Below, piece after piece: positions 14,800 to 32,203 of a stretch of DNA of 64,000 bases. The DNA comes from the human T2T-CHM13v2.0 reference genome, Homo sapiens: assembly GCF_009914755.1 (NCBI RefSeq), contig NC_060947.1; one strand, written 5' to 3'. How positions within the stretch are numbered: the stretch's first letter is position 1; each line of letters begins with the position of its first letter. Made by a program: the position numbers and the translations under genes. A model generated the notes under the pieces. The model searched no databases. It was given only the letters and a program-made list of their open reading frames with translations, and was not told the origin of the DNA.

Positions 14800-15030
14800 C
14801 TAATAACCTCTTACATGTTTATATAAGCATAACATTACATTGCAAAAGTATTTTATGTAGAATTTCTCATATAATCCTAACAACAACCTTTGAATTTCTT
14901 TTTCTTATTTTATAGTTAAGTTAATTGATGTTCAGTGAAATTAAGTAGTTCACCCAAGGTTATACATTCAGTACATGTCAGATACACCACTAGAATTAAG
15001 GTATCTAACTCTCAGTCCAGTGCCGTTTCC
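14800..15030 (-). mobile_element. MIR remnant
   Basis: tctcatataatcctaacaacaacc...ttaagtagttcacccaaggtta resembles antisense MIR. Confidence 0.5.
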
Positions 15031-15546
15031 ATTTCACCAATCCAAGCATCTTTTCTCTCAGAGAAAGGTGAGAGGGTCATCACCTTGAAATTCTTTCTTT
15101 AGAAAGACCTTACTTCATTACTCTTTTCTTATTAATATTCACATTTCCTTATGTCTCTTAAATCATGACCTCTGTCACCACCAAAGACATCCTGAGTTTA
15201 TGCTTCTCCTACCATGGTAGAACCATAGCTTTCTTTATAGAGAAACTTTTATAGGCAATTTTTGCGGTGTTTGTAAGAATGCTATTTTAGAAATAGCAGT
15301 TTTTCACTGATATAGAGGTAGTCTGTTCTGACTATTAGAATAAAATGTGAACAATTCTGAATAAAAAAGCAAAGTTGCATAACTGTGTCATATTTTTCTG
15401 GGCTGAGTTTTTTAAACAGTAGGTCTAGGAAATTGAATAGAACAGGGTTCTCAATGGATCCTGGATGTGCTAACTAATTAGTATGAGTATCGAGATCTCT
15501 TAGGAGCCTATGTGGAAAGTGATAAAGATGAAAAGTCATATAGCGC

Positions 15547-15870
15547 AGCACTGCCCAATGCAATTATAATGCAAGCTATATATATAATTTTACATTTTTT
15601 TGTAGGCACAACTTAGAAAAATAAGCAAGTAAAATAAATTCAATAATATATTTTGTTTAACCAAATATGTCCATATAGTATAATTTCAACATGCAATAAG
15701 TATTTTAAACATATTAAGTATATAAGTATATATTTTACACTCTTTTTTTATGCTAAGATTTTGAAATCTGGTGAGTATTTTTTACATTTATAGTTTATAT
15801 CAATTTGGATCAACCATATTTCAAGTGTTTATTAGCCACATACAACTAGTATCTACTGTATTAGACAACA
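15547..15870. mobile_element. MER33-like hAT-Charlie DNA transposon fossil
   Basis: Termini cagcactgcccaat...tattagacaaca; internal gaaatctggtgagtatttt and catatttcaagtg...agccacat. Confidence 0.7.
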
Positions 15871-16016
15871 AAGTCTGGAAATTTTTTTGAAGACTGTTCC
15901 ACACATGGCCATGGAAATGCTGAACTGTTGCTACCATTTGGAAAAGAATAAAGGTATATTTTTAGGCCTCAAGATATGAGGGTTCTTATAAGGCTGATAT
16001 AGAAGTAGACTAAAAC

Positions 16017-16258
16017 AGAGTTTATCAACTCTGTTTATCAACTTCAGCACTATTGACATTTTTGGCTGAATAATTATTTGCTGTGGTGGGGCTGTCTTGA
16101 TCATTATAGAATATTTAGCAACAACTCTGGCCTTTTCCCAATAGATGTCAGTTGGACTCCTTCCTAGTTGTGATAAGCAAACATGCCTTCAAAATATGTT
16201 AAAAGGCCCTGTAGTGTCATGGGGGTGGGGAATGTCAACCTCTGGTTCAGAATGACCG
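16017..16258. mobile_element. MER20 hAT-Charlie fossil
   Basis: cagcactattgacatttttggctgaataatt...ggggctgtc...tttagcaaca...agatgtcagt...agttgtga. Confidence 0.75.
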
Positions 16259-17102
16259 ATCAGCCAAGCAAAGTTTTTTAGACTTAGGCTGGGTGATACA
16301 CAAAACGAGGATTCTCAAATTCTGAGCTCTGAATGTCAATTTTCTATTCCATTGTCAATGTGTGCATCTTAGATGGATGGATAAGAAGACTAACATGACT
16401 TGGTGATACTTTTAGTATTTGCTATTATTTAAACCAATGATTTTAAGCCTGGATTGAACTGTTTAGCTTTTCTTTCTTAAAAAGTTAGAAAAGATATTCT
16501 TGAACCTCTCCCAGCAGTAAGTGGAGGAACAAATAAATGGTGGATGGTTCAAAGAAAACTAATTTAAACTGGGGAAAACAGATATGTATCTTGCAAATGG
16601 TAAATTGTGAAAGGTTATAGGTATGTATACTTTTTCCAGTCCATGACACGTTAGCCAACCCTCCAAAATCTGACATCCCTCTATCTTCCAAAAGTATCTC
16701 TTACAACCCTCCAATAGAAGCTTAAACCAGTCAGCCAGATCTCCTTATGGTTTGCTGAGTGTACCATGGTCTTTCCCACAGTCATGCATTTATTTATGCT
16801 GTTCCTATCATGGAGAATGCATTCTCTGTTTCTTTTTACTATCTAAATTTAATTTATTTGTAAAATCCTGTTCAAGCCCTAGCTTATTCTACAAGCCATC
16901 TCTGACTTAATTGACTTATGGTGACCAACCTTTTTTCTTTTATGCTGTGAAAGTATAATGTTAAGTCGGTAGGTGTTATTTTGTGTGGACTGGTCTTGTA
17001 TCTATGTAAGACAGAAAAGTTCTTGAAGGACAGGGGCTGTAGTAGTTTTTTTTCTTTTCCCAAATGCAAAATCACACAGACCCCCTAGAAAGTAACTGGC
17101 AG

Positions 17103-18200
17103 TGTGTTCCAGTGTGAATTATCTGAGAAGCAGATTCTCAATTGGAGTTTAGTGAGATGGATGTTTATTAGGGAGTGGCCATGAGTCAACAACTGTAGAA
17201 GGGAGGAGAAGAAAGTAGAACTGAGCAGAGGGAGACATTGAGCTACAATGTAGATACAAAAGCCTCAGCCAACCTCACAGGGAGCTGTAGAGCTAAAATG
17301 GCTCTCACTGAGCCAAAACTGCCAGACTTTTATAACCTCACCTCAAGTCACTGTGTAACTACCCAATGGGTTCCTTTTACCCACTGCCTAGATAGAGCCA
17401 ATTTACCAAGACAAAGGAATTGCAATGGATAAAGTGTTCAATTAACACAGAAACAGCTGAATGAGAGACCAGAGTTTTATTATTACTCAATTCAGTTCTC
17501 CACAAAATATGGAGACTGGGGTTTTTTAAGGACAATTTGGTGGGTAAGGGGCTATGGAGTGGGGAGTTCTAATTGGCCGGGTCAGAGATGAAATCATAGG
17601 GAATCAAGGCTGTCCTCTTGCATTGAGTCAGTTCCTGGGTGGGGACCACAAGAGTACATGAGCCAGTTTATCTGGGTGGCACCAGCTGATCCATCAAGTG
17701 CAGGGTCTGAAAAATATCTTGAGCACCAATCTCAGGTTTTATAATAGTGATGCTATTCTCAGGATCAATGGGAGAGGTTTAGAGTAATGTGGCCTCTAGC
17801 TGATGACTACTAAACCATAATTTCTAATCTTGTGGCTTATTTGTTCTACAAAGGCAGTCTGGTAACTAGGCAAGAAGGGGGTTTGTTTTGGGAAAGGGCT
17901 ATTATCATCTTTGTTTCAAAGTTAAAGTATAAACTAAGTTCCTCCCAAAGTTATTTCTGCCTGTCCCCAGAAATGAACAAGGGCAGCTTGAAGTTTAGAA
18001 GCCAGATGGAGTCGGTTAGGTCAGATGTCATTCACTGTCATAGTTTTCTCAGTTATAATTTTTTAAAAGGCAGTTCAAATTGAATATTGGCTTTCCCTAG
18101 CATGGTATGACCTTGGGCAGTTCCTGAAAGGGCTGAGTGCACTCCCAACAGCTAGGGCAACAAATACTTCTGTGAAGGGGGATCTAGATGATACATTGCC
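17103..18200 (-). mobile_element. Old ERVL LTR (LTR33/LTR16-like) interrupted by LTR8
   Basis: gaagcagattctc...tttattagggagtg...gcagagggag...gcctcagccaacc...gggagct at 17103-17353; continues at about 18078-18200. Confidence 0.55.
17354..18077 (-). mobile_element. LTR8-family solo LTR (ERV1)
   Basis: TGTAACT...TTCA termini; characteristic gagaccagagttttattattactcaa and ctcagttataatttt..aaaggcagttca. Confidence 0.8.
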
Positions 18201-18849
18201 ATGTTTATCAAAGTGATAGTTGTATAGAAAAGGTTCAGTAAATGTTTGTTAAATGCTATAAAACCTTGCCGTGGTGCTAACTAGCAGCAGAATGAATCAG
18301 GAGAAGTTTTGTCTGTTGGTCTGATTGGGTGGGCCTATTTGATAGCTAAGCAGATGGCTTCTCTAAGGAGCACTCCCTTTCCAGGACAAGAGAAAGGATT
18401 GCTTGTAATACACCCCAAATTACTGCTTCAAGGATTAACTATTATAATTGTTTTGAAGAATATATAGTAAATATTACATTATCAAAAAGATTTTGAGACT
18501 GAAGCAGCATAAAAACTGCTGGGTATGTAAAAAATCAAGTTAGCTAAGTACAGGTGCTGAAAGACCATGTATAAGCTTGTGGGATCAATGACATTAAAAA
18601 AAGAAAAAAGCCAAATCCTCAGTTCATTAATTGCTATTTCCATTCTTCTACAGACAAAAGAAAGAATGGTTGAGATAGGATGGTGGGAAACACATTTATT
18701 TAGTTAGTATTATATTTGAAATCATTTATATACTTATCTGTTTACCCTTGCAGTAATCCTTAGAAATAGACAACACTACCTGTACTTTAGCAGATGAGGA
18801 ATCTGTAGCCCTGATATATATATATATTATCCCTGGGACCATCACCTTA

Positions 18850-19960
18850 CTAGTTATCATTATCATCATCACCATTCCTAGGACGTACACAGTGCTACTT
18901 TGTGCTAGCCACTCTTCGAAGTGTTTTCCATATATGAACTCATATCCTTCTCATAACTGCCTTATAAATTAGGAGCTATTTTTAGTCACACTGTAAACAA
19001 ACAAACAAAAAATCCTAAGTGCCCCCCTACCCCCTTGGAACCAACTAAACTAACAAGCTCTGAGCCAAGGAAAGCCAGGAAAACTGAATTCCTGGCCATG
19101 TGGAGAAGGGAGATTGGACACGTCTCATTAAAACCTCTCCCTTTTGGAGTTAAGGGACAACTAACCAGCATTAACATTAAAGTAGACATCGTAATCCTGA
19201 CAAAACAGACTCCTTGGCAGTAAGAAACCAAATTCCAACCTGACTCTGGTATAGCATCACATGATACATAGCTGACCCTGAAGAAAATCAAAATAGTTTA
19301 CCCCAAAATACATTTCTTTGACATATTTCGAAATGGCACTGAAAAGCCATCTTTGTGAGAGAAATTTTACATCTGTAGAGAGTCTCCATTAATGCAGATA
19401 GGCCTTTCCCAGATCTGGGAGAGATTAACTAAGAATCTCACACTTTTTAAGATCTCCAAAAACACATTTACCATCTATTCTGGCCTCATCTATATAACAA
19501 GAACCTTGGCTTTGCCACCCCTCTTATGTTAATTCAAGCACTTCTTTCTACTGACTTCAAGTCTTTAGCTTAACTCTCAACCAATTGCCAATCAAAAAAT
19601 CTTTGAATCCACCTATAACCTGTAAGCCCCTCTGCTTTGAGATATCCCACCTTTCAGAGCTGAACCAACATATACCTTGCATGTATTGGTTTATGTCTTT
19701 GCCAGTAACTTCTGTCTCCCTAAAATGTAGAAAAGTAAACTAAACTAACTTCTCAGGACCTTTTTGAAACAGATCCTTGGACCATGGTCACTCACATTGG
19801 CTTAAAATAAAGCTCTTAAAATATGTTACAAAGTTTAGCTTTTTCATCAACAACATTTATAAGTAAAGTAACTGAGGAACAGAAAGGTTTAGTAACTTGC
19901 TCAATGTCAAAATATAGTGGCAAACCAGAAGTTTGAAATCAGGCAGCTTGTCTCTATTAT
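18850..19960 (-). mobile_element. MIR split by a MER4-type LTR
   Basis: MIR-like sequence on both sides: actttgtgctagcc...aactcat (18850-18991) and aactgaggaacagaaaggtttagtaacttgctcaatgtca (19853-19960). Confidence 0.6.
18992..19852 (+). mobile_element. MER4-family solo LTR (MER4D-like)
   Basis: TGTAAAC...TCAACA termini; accagcattaacattaaa and ccaaattccaacctgactctggtatagcatcacatga; AATAAA near 19806; TSD ACAC/ACAT. Confidence 0.85.
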
Positions 19961-21639
19961 CTGTCCTCTAAACCACTATGTGAACTTGCCTAACTAGTAA
20001 GAGGCAGAAATGGGGAAGGAAAACTAGTCTGTCTGATTCCAGAAACTGCCATTTTCCACTACACAAAGGTGACTCCAAAGGCACCGTGCTTGTACAATTT
20101 GGGAAATCATTCTCTTTTGATTGATTGTAGGTAGAGTCTACATGGAAAATTGGTAACATAATTGTTAGGTGACCTTTAGGAAAAAATACGCATTTTTCAG
20201 GTATTTGAAGGTGATTTTTCATGAGAAATTATGGGATTTCTACAAAAGTGACTGGGAATCAGATCTCACATTTGGTACCTTCTAAAAAATAATATTCTTT
20301 TTATTCTAATTAGCACAGCCATCAAAGATTTCTGAAGCTTATTTGGCCTTGTCTAGAACATGCTGCCATGTATGACTGCCCCAAGTGACAGGAGAAAGCC
20401 AAAAACAAGACCCAGCAATGGAAGTTTTAGCAGGATTCCAGCTGTCAGAATTAACCATGAGCCAACTCCTATAGAATAACCATCCAATTGTATCCTCCAT
20501 GCTTAGCCTGTTTGTCCAAGTAAATTGCAGACTTATCCAGAACAGAGACTGTGTATTATTTGTATCCTTATCCCCTTCTACAATAGAGGTTAAATGAGGT
20601 TTTGAAACCATGGAAACTTACTGGTAACTGTATCACAATGCTCATATTTTCTTGACCATGTTGAAAACACATTTTTTTCCCAACCCAGTATAACATGTTA
20701 AAATGGAATACTTTCAATCTCAGTGTTTCTGCAGTGGCCTTACAGTCTGAGAATAGTACAATATGTGCTATGTATGATCACATTCTAAAGCAATGGGCTA
20801 TATGAAAAATCTAGACCACAATACCTTGCTAATATATTGTGAAACAGGTTTTGTTGCCACTAGCCAGCCCATGATTTCATGCAGGGCTAAGGAGGAGGAA
20901 TGTATTAACATTGTGACTTTGAAGAATCTGGGATGAGAATGTATAAATTGCTTCCTGCTTGGAGTTCTTTCCACTACATTCCATAAACTACATAATGCAG
21001 AATCTCCATGAATATCACATTGGGTATTTTCTGTGAGTAGTTCAGCCCCTAAAGTCTATCAACCTAGGAATTTCCTTTCCACAGGGAAATTACAATTATC
21101 CTCAGCCTCATCCAGATTCTGGTAGTCTATATACTTTTCCAACAAAATTAAGACTTTGGGGGCAAATTATACCTATGTACTAGACTTCATGTCAGCACAA
21201 TGTACAATGAATACCAATACTATACTCAAATGTTGTTGGGAACCAAAATGTTGAGGCCAAGAGCTGGCTTATTACTGAAAATGGGGTGGGACTTATACTT
21301 AAGACAGAGTCTGTGCATCTTCTGTAAAGCGGGTGAACATACTAAAAGTGGGCCAATCTAAAGGATCAAAAAATCATCAACTGATCTTCCTTTTGCCAGA
21401 AAAAGCAACAACAAATTATCAAAGACAGTTTGCAAAATAACAGAGAGATAAGGCTGGGTTGAGTATGGCCTGAATTTCCAGAGTTCAAATTCACTAGTGA
21501 ATTCCAACTCATTATTAATCAATGGAATCCAAATTAAAACATTTATTTTACATATCACATCAGAAAAATATTAAAAAGAATGATAATGCCTGGAGATGGA
21601 GATGGGAGTGTGGAGATTTAAGATATGTAATAGACTAGT

Positions 21640-22095
21640 GATGAGGTTATACATTGGTACAATATTTATGAAATTTAATTATAAAATAACTGAAAAGTTT
21701 TAAAAATTTGGTATATTCCTTAATACAGACAATCCACACCTAGGAAAGTGTCCTACTGGAAATATAGATGTAGGTATAAACATAGATATTCAGTGTAATA
21801 TTATTGTGAAAGAAAAAACAGAACCTATATGATCATCATTAGGAAGTTAATTTAGTAAATCATGGTCTATCCATCTAATTGAATGCTATAGGTCCACTAA
21901 AATCTATGATGTCTGTTTATATAAATAAACACAAAATGATGCCTAAAACATTATGTGAAAAGTTCAGTTTGCATATCATTGTGTATAGTATAATCCAATT
22001 TCATTAAAAATACCTTTAACATGTAAATATAACTATGCATGCATGTGCATATACTACACAGGAAAAAGTTTTGAGAAAACACATTGAACATTCAT
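21640..22095 (+). mobile_element. Ancient L1 (L1M/L1ME) 3' remnant
   Basis: Degenerate ORF2-end motifs caatccacacctagga and taaatcatggtctatccat...gaatgctat. Confidence 0.55.
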
Positions 22096-22328
22096 GGTCT
22101 CCCTAGAGATCAAGGAACTCCACATTATGAAATCCTGCCACATCCACAGTCCCACTAAGTTAGGCATTATACATTATTTGGGCAGATTAAAACTATTTGT
22201 TTTTCTCTTGTCTTCCTCTTCAAATTTTTCACACTCTAGCATTTGCAAAAGTAAAAGTTTTATTTTTTCCTTCTAAATTTTTAAGAGGTGTTAGCAGTAA
22301 TATAAATTTTTACACATAATGTTTCTGA

Positions 22329-22900
<572 letters not shown>

Positions 22901-23918
22901 TGAAAAAAATGCAGTTTCAATCAAATGGGACTGCCAAACCTCAAATTGTATGTCTTTGACAGGGATTAAATGATGTCAGTTGTATTGAATTTGGTATTAG
23001 TGTTTGGTGGGAGTAATCTCAAAAGCCTTTTTAAGTAGATCCAATGTCACTGGTTTAACTAAAGTATATAAATTCAGGAGGACTAGTCCTAGATTTGTTA
23101 CCATAGATATTTTCCCAAATGTCCCTCCTTCATAAAAATGTCACCTTTCGTAATTTCTTTTCAGGCAGGTCTCCATTTAGCAAATGGTGTTCTCAGTAAG
23201 GTTTTTTCTTCTTCAAGGTACTCTGGATGTTGCCATTAATTATATCCTCACAGTATACATTGTTAAACATTTTGGGATTCATTTTGCTTATGGGCATAAT
23301 TTCACAAAGCCTCTTCTAATGGCTCTTGGTTGGGCATTGAGACACCAGATTTATTTCTCTGAAGAAAAAGAATATCCTTAATATGCCGTAAGATGTGGTT
23401 TGGGATATTTGTATGGTAAAGATGATTCTGAGGATAAAGGTGACTTTTTCATTCAAGTTGACTACATATTGATTCATCTTAGAGAGAGAAAAAAGGAAAA
23501 ATCAGATCCAAGAAGGCTTTCAAATGCATTCCCAGCGCGTTTCACAAAGACAGTTTTAAGACATTTTGAGAAGAAGTATATTTTATGTTTGAAGTTAACT
23601 TTTCAATAAGGAATTTTGATTGCTTGGAATTTAATTATCTCTTTGAGGTAAGAACATATTTTAGTAAGCTCAAGAATAGTTTTCTAATTCATTTTAATTC
23701 CTGGGAATTGATAATGTAAGAAAACAAACAAGGTAGCCAAGAAAGTGGTCTTCCTTATTGCAGAGACAGAAGGCAACAAATTAGTATTAATTTGTTATGA
23801 ATGCATCACAGAAGGTACAAGCAAAATTCCTGTTACATATTTGAAAATAACAACAGAAATTTGCAACATTATCTGCCATTAAATATGTGCAGAGAAATCA
23901 GGGCTAGTATTGTCTTAG

Positions 23919-23958
23919 AGGTAACTTGAAGGTTACTTGAAGGTTACTTAAAGGTTAC
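23919..23958. repeat. 11-bp tandem repeat (AGGTTACTTGA), about 3.5 units
   Basis: aggtaacttga aggttacttga aggttacttaa aggttac. Confidence 0.85.
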
Positions 23959-24244
23959 AGGCTGGCCAAGTGGAACTAGGCCAATACTTGCAGCCTTACT
24001 TTGTTTTAAGTTAAAATATAACAACTCTATGGAAATGACTTGTCCAATTGTTCAATCCTTGCTAAGTCTCTAGCACACATTTTTATTCTGTTGATACTTA
24101 TTTCGTGTGTGATAATAAACTATGTAATTTAAACAGAATGTTAAATTCAAAGTATTCAGAAAACATTTTTGGATGTATTAGGTAAATGCATCAGACCATG
24201 AGGAGGTATCCTGGAAACACTACTGACACCTCATAAAGTGAACT

Positions 24245-24758
24245 TCATATATGTATATATGAAGGGCAGTTTATTATGTAAACAATCTCACATGATCACA
24301 AGATGAAGTCCCACAATAGGCCGTCAGCAAGCTGAGGAAGGAGGAAGCCGGTCCAAGTCCCAAACCCTAAAAAGTAGGAAAGCTGACAGTGCAGCTTTCA
24401 GTCTGTGGAGGAAGGCCTGAGAGCCCCTGGCAAATCACTGGTGTAAGTCCAAAAGTCCAAAAGCTGAAGAACTTGGAGTCTGATGTTTGAGGTCAGGAAG
24501 CATACAGCACAGGAGAAAAATGAAGGCTGGAAGACTCAGCAAGTCTGCTCTTTCCAACTTCTTCTGCCTCCTTTATTCTAGCTACATTGAAAGCTGATTA
24601 GATGGTGGCCACCCAGATGGAGGGCGGGTCTGCCTCTCCCAGTCCACGGACTCAAATGTTAATCTTCTTTGGCAACACCCTCACGGACACACACACCCAG
24701 GAACAATACTATGCATCCTTTAATCCCATCAAGTTGACGCTCAATATTAATCATCACA
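24245..24758 (-). mobile_element. MLT2A/B-type ERVL LTR
   Basis: gtcccacaataggccgtc, gtccaaaagctgaagaacttggagtctgatgtt and ttggcaacaccctcac; ends caatattaatcatcaca. Confidence 0.88.
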
Positions 24759-26277
24759 TCACTGTATTTTCTTCTATTAACGCAGTATATGCACTTTTAT
24801 GTATGATTCTATGCATGTAGGCTTCCTGGAACAACCATTTGGATGAATTCAATTGTCCAGTCAACATATAATTAATTCTGCAAACAATTTACTTGGCATT
24901 TTTACTATGGAATGGTAAAAAAAAAAAAAAGTGACCTAATTGCTTTGAAACTGCTGATTTTTGTGTATCCCTGTCATTGGAATTACAGGTGCGGTATTCA
25001 CAGAAACTGTACCATAGCATTGGAAAAACAGGGAAAGACAAGATCATCTCTTCTTTATGTTTTGTTAACACTTGTCACCCTTAAGATGTCTTTTGTTGTA
25101 GGAGCTTAACAAATATATCTTTGTGATGGATGGAGGTAACCCAAGTGAGTACAAATAAATTATGACAGACAAGATAACTTTTCTTACCTCCTCATGCAAT
25201 GGTAATATTTGTAGAATATGTTGTCAGTTTCCAAACAAAATATGTCAAAGAATAAACTTCCAATAAATATCCCCAGATATTCTAATCACGGCTTTAAATA
25301 GGTAACATGGTCTTTGTGGAAATAAGAGATCCAGTTGATGACAAAGCAACGAATGAGACTGAATGTCAACAAAGTTATATGAAAGGTATTTATTCACCTG
25401 AGGACAGATTAGAAAGGTAGCAAACACTTGGGAATATTTTATCTTTGGAAAAATAATGAAGTATTTGATCATAAAGATCTGCTAAAGTAAAATAGAGCAT
25501 ATGCCTCATGACATTTAATTAATCATTAATTTCATGCCTGTGTATTGTGGGTTAAAAAGATGTTTTCAATATGAATTGATCCAAAACAACTCTTTAAGTT
25601 AGTATTATTAAAATACATCATTTATATAACAAATTTTCACAGCCAGAGAATGTGGAAGCATAAAATGCCAATGGTCACTGTATCTCAATTCATTTTCTGC
25701 CAACTTATTTTCTCTCTGATTGCTGTGAGGCTAATATTAGAGTCGGTTACATCCTCTATTTCCTAAGTTGCCTATGTGAATGTTAGTAAAAAAATAATAA
25801 TTTTACTTCACTATCTGGTGAATGTTTGAACTATATGTTTATGAATGAGGAAAGTGAAACAACAAAAATTTCCTTTGTAGGTAAAATTCAGGGTGTTCAT
25901 TGGAAAAAGGGCTATTTTAGATAAGACATTTTTATTTATGAAGGATAAGTTGAAATACAGTATTGGAATTTAAAATCATTCATGTAAAAGTTAATGGGTC
26001 TGTCCTTTGATTATATAGCCAAGGCTGAGTTCTTAATAAAAATGCTAAAATGATCATTAATAACATTCTGTACACTGATATCCCATCTGGAAGTTATCAC
26101 AAATGCATGTTCTGGAGTGCTAAGTTCATAATTATTTTAGAGAACTGATTTAGGTATTGTAGAGAGGCACTAGATATTCTTTTATTTACAGGTGACATGA
26201 TTTTATTATCCATAACTTTCCATCCACTGAATAGTGAGACATTTTTTCTGAATGAGGACTTATAGTATTAATAATTA

Positions 26278-29253
<2,976 letters not shown>

Positions 29254-29675
29254 TAATAATTACCCAAGAAACTCTTCATGTGACTATTTTCACCTTTTAG
29301 TGAGTTTCAAAATATTTATTTGCGTAGCAATAAATCATACTATGGTATAGTGCATACTCCTTTAAATATGCTTTTGAATTTGATTTACTAGTATTTTGTT
29401 GAGAATTTTCATGTCAAAATTCATAGGAATATTGGTTTGTAGTTTTCTTATAGAATGTTTGTTTGGTTTGGATATAAAATTAACGCTGGCATCATAAATA
29501 AGTTTGGAAGTGTCCCTTCCTCCTGAAATTTTTGGAAGAGTTTGAAATGGATTGAAAAGAATCAGAGTTATATTTTCTTTGTAAAAAATTTGTTTGATTT
29601 TTATAAAAAACAGTCTTCTAATTGTAGCATTTACATTTATCATACTCATGGTTAAAATAGATTTGGGTTTTCTAA

Positions 29676-30203
29676 ATTTTTACAGCTTTATTAAGGCATA
29701 ATTGACATATAAATGGTTGTACATATTTAATGTGAACAATTTGATGAGCGTGGACATATGCAAACACCTATTATACCATCACCATAATCAAAATAATAAA
29801 ATATATGACATCTTCCAAAGTTTTCTGGTGTCTTGTTTTCATTTTGTGGTAAGTACACTTAAAATGAGATGTACCCCAATATCCCTGATGAACATTCATG
29901 TAAAAATCCTCAACAAATTTCTGGCAGATTGTCTTCAAAATCACACAAGAAGGATTATCCACCATGATCAAGGGGAATTTATCCTGGAGATACAAGTATA
30001 ATTGACCATGTACACAATTCAATAAATGTGAATAAACTACATTAAGAAAGTGAAGGATGAAAATCACATGATCACCTCTATAGATGCAGAAAAAGCATCT
30101 GGCAAAATTCAAAACTCTTTTATGATAAAATTGGACAACAAACTAGGTACAGAGGAAATGTACCACAACATATAACGGCCAAATATGACAATCCCACAGC
30201 TAA
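29676..30203 (-). mobile_element. L1MA/L1MB 3' end (minus, 29676-29872) fused to an oppositely oriented ORF2 piece (plus, 29875-30203)
   Basis: acagctttattaaggcataattgaca 3'-UTR terminus, then PISLMNIHVKILNK...IIHHDQ on the plus strand. Confidence 0.7.
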
Positions 30204-30735
30204 AATTATATATATATAATATAAAATTATATATATATATAAAATCTTCTTTAAATATGTAAATATGTGATAGAAATCACCGATGAAACTACATAGTCCA
30301 GGACTTGTTTTTGTTGGGGGAATTTGGATTATTTTCTCAATTCCTTATTAACTATAGGTCCCTTCAGACTTTCTAGTTCTTTATGATTCTCTCTTGGTAG
30401 GTTGTGCATGTCTAGGAATTTTTCCATTTTATCTAGTTTATTCAAATTGTTGGTGTACTCTTATTATCCTTTTATTTACATAAAATCAGTCATAATGTTC
30501 CTAATTTCATTTTTTTGTTTAGTAACTTTAATCTTTTCTCTTAATCTAGCTCAAACTTTGTTGATTTATTGATCTTTACAAAAAATAACACTTGGTTACG
30601 TTGATTTTCTCTATTTTATATTTTCTATTTTATTATGTTCACTTACATCATTATTATTGCCTTATTTCTTCTAGCTTTGGGTTTATTTTATTCTTTTCTA
30701 GTTCCTTAAGGTGTAAAGTTAGGTTATTTATTTAA

Positions 30736-31025
<290 letters not shown>

Positions 31026-32203
31026 TCTTCTTTTTTAACGTAAGCATTTATAGCTATAAATTTATCTCTTAGCAATACTTGTGCTGTGTTGCATATGTTT
31101 TGGTATGTTCTGTTTTGTTTTCATTTGTCTCATGATATTTTTAAATCAATCTTGTAATTTTTAATCAGCCTTTGCCTCATGGGTCATTAAGAATGTGTTT
31201 AATTTGCACATGTTTGTGAATTTTCCAATTTTTTTCTCTGTTACAGATTTCTGGTTTTGTTCCAACATATTGGAAAAAATACTTTGTATGATTTGAATAT
31301 TTTAAAAATTATTGAGATTTGTTTTGTGATTAACCTATGGTCTGTCCTGGAGAATGTCCTACGTGCATTTTAGTAAAATGTATATTCTGCTGTTCTTTGT
31401 TGGAATGTTCTACACATGATTGTTAGGTCCAATTGATTTATAAAGTTTTTCACATCCTCTATTTCCCTACTTATTTTCTGTCTGGATGTTCTTTCCAGTA
31501 TTGAAAGTGGTGTATTAAAGTCTGCAACTACTATTGTTGAACTGTCTTTTTTCCCTTTAATTCTGCAAATATGTATATTATGTATTTTGGATCTTTGATA
31601 TTTGATGCATATGTAATTATAATTGTTACATCTTCATAAATTAATCCTTTCATCAATATATTAGGTCCTTCTTTGTCTCTTGAAACAGTTTTAGCCTTGC
31701 AATCTATTTTACTTAAAATTAATTAAGCCACCTGTGTTCTCTTTTGGTTACTATTTGAATGTAATGTATTTCTTAATTTTTTAACTTTCAAACTATTTGT
31801 GTCTTTACACTTAAATTGACTCTCCTATGGACTACATATAATTGGGTCTTTTTTTTCTTTTATCCATTGTGCCAATATATGACTTGATTGGAGAATTATT
31901 CCATTTAAATTTATTTACTCAAAAAGGACTTAATTTTATCATTTTAAAATTGTTTCCTGTATATCTTACTGATTTTTATTCCTCATTTCCTATTTTATGT
32001 GTTTAGTTAATTTTTTGTAGTGACACCTTTAGATTCATTCTCATTTTCTTTTTTGTATATTCTATAGATATTTTCTTTGTGGTTTCCATGGAAATTATGT
32101 ATAACATCTTAAAATTATAACAATCTAATTTGAATTGATACTAATTTAACTTTGATCACATACCAAAACTCTACTCATATACAGATCCCCTGACTATATG
32201 TTA

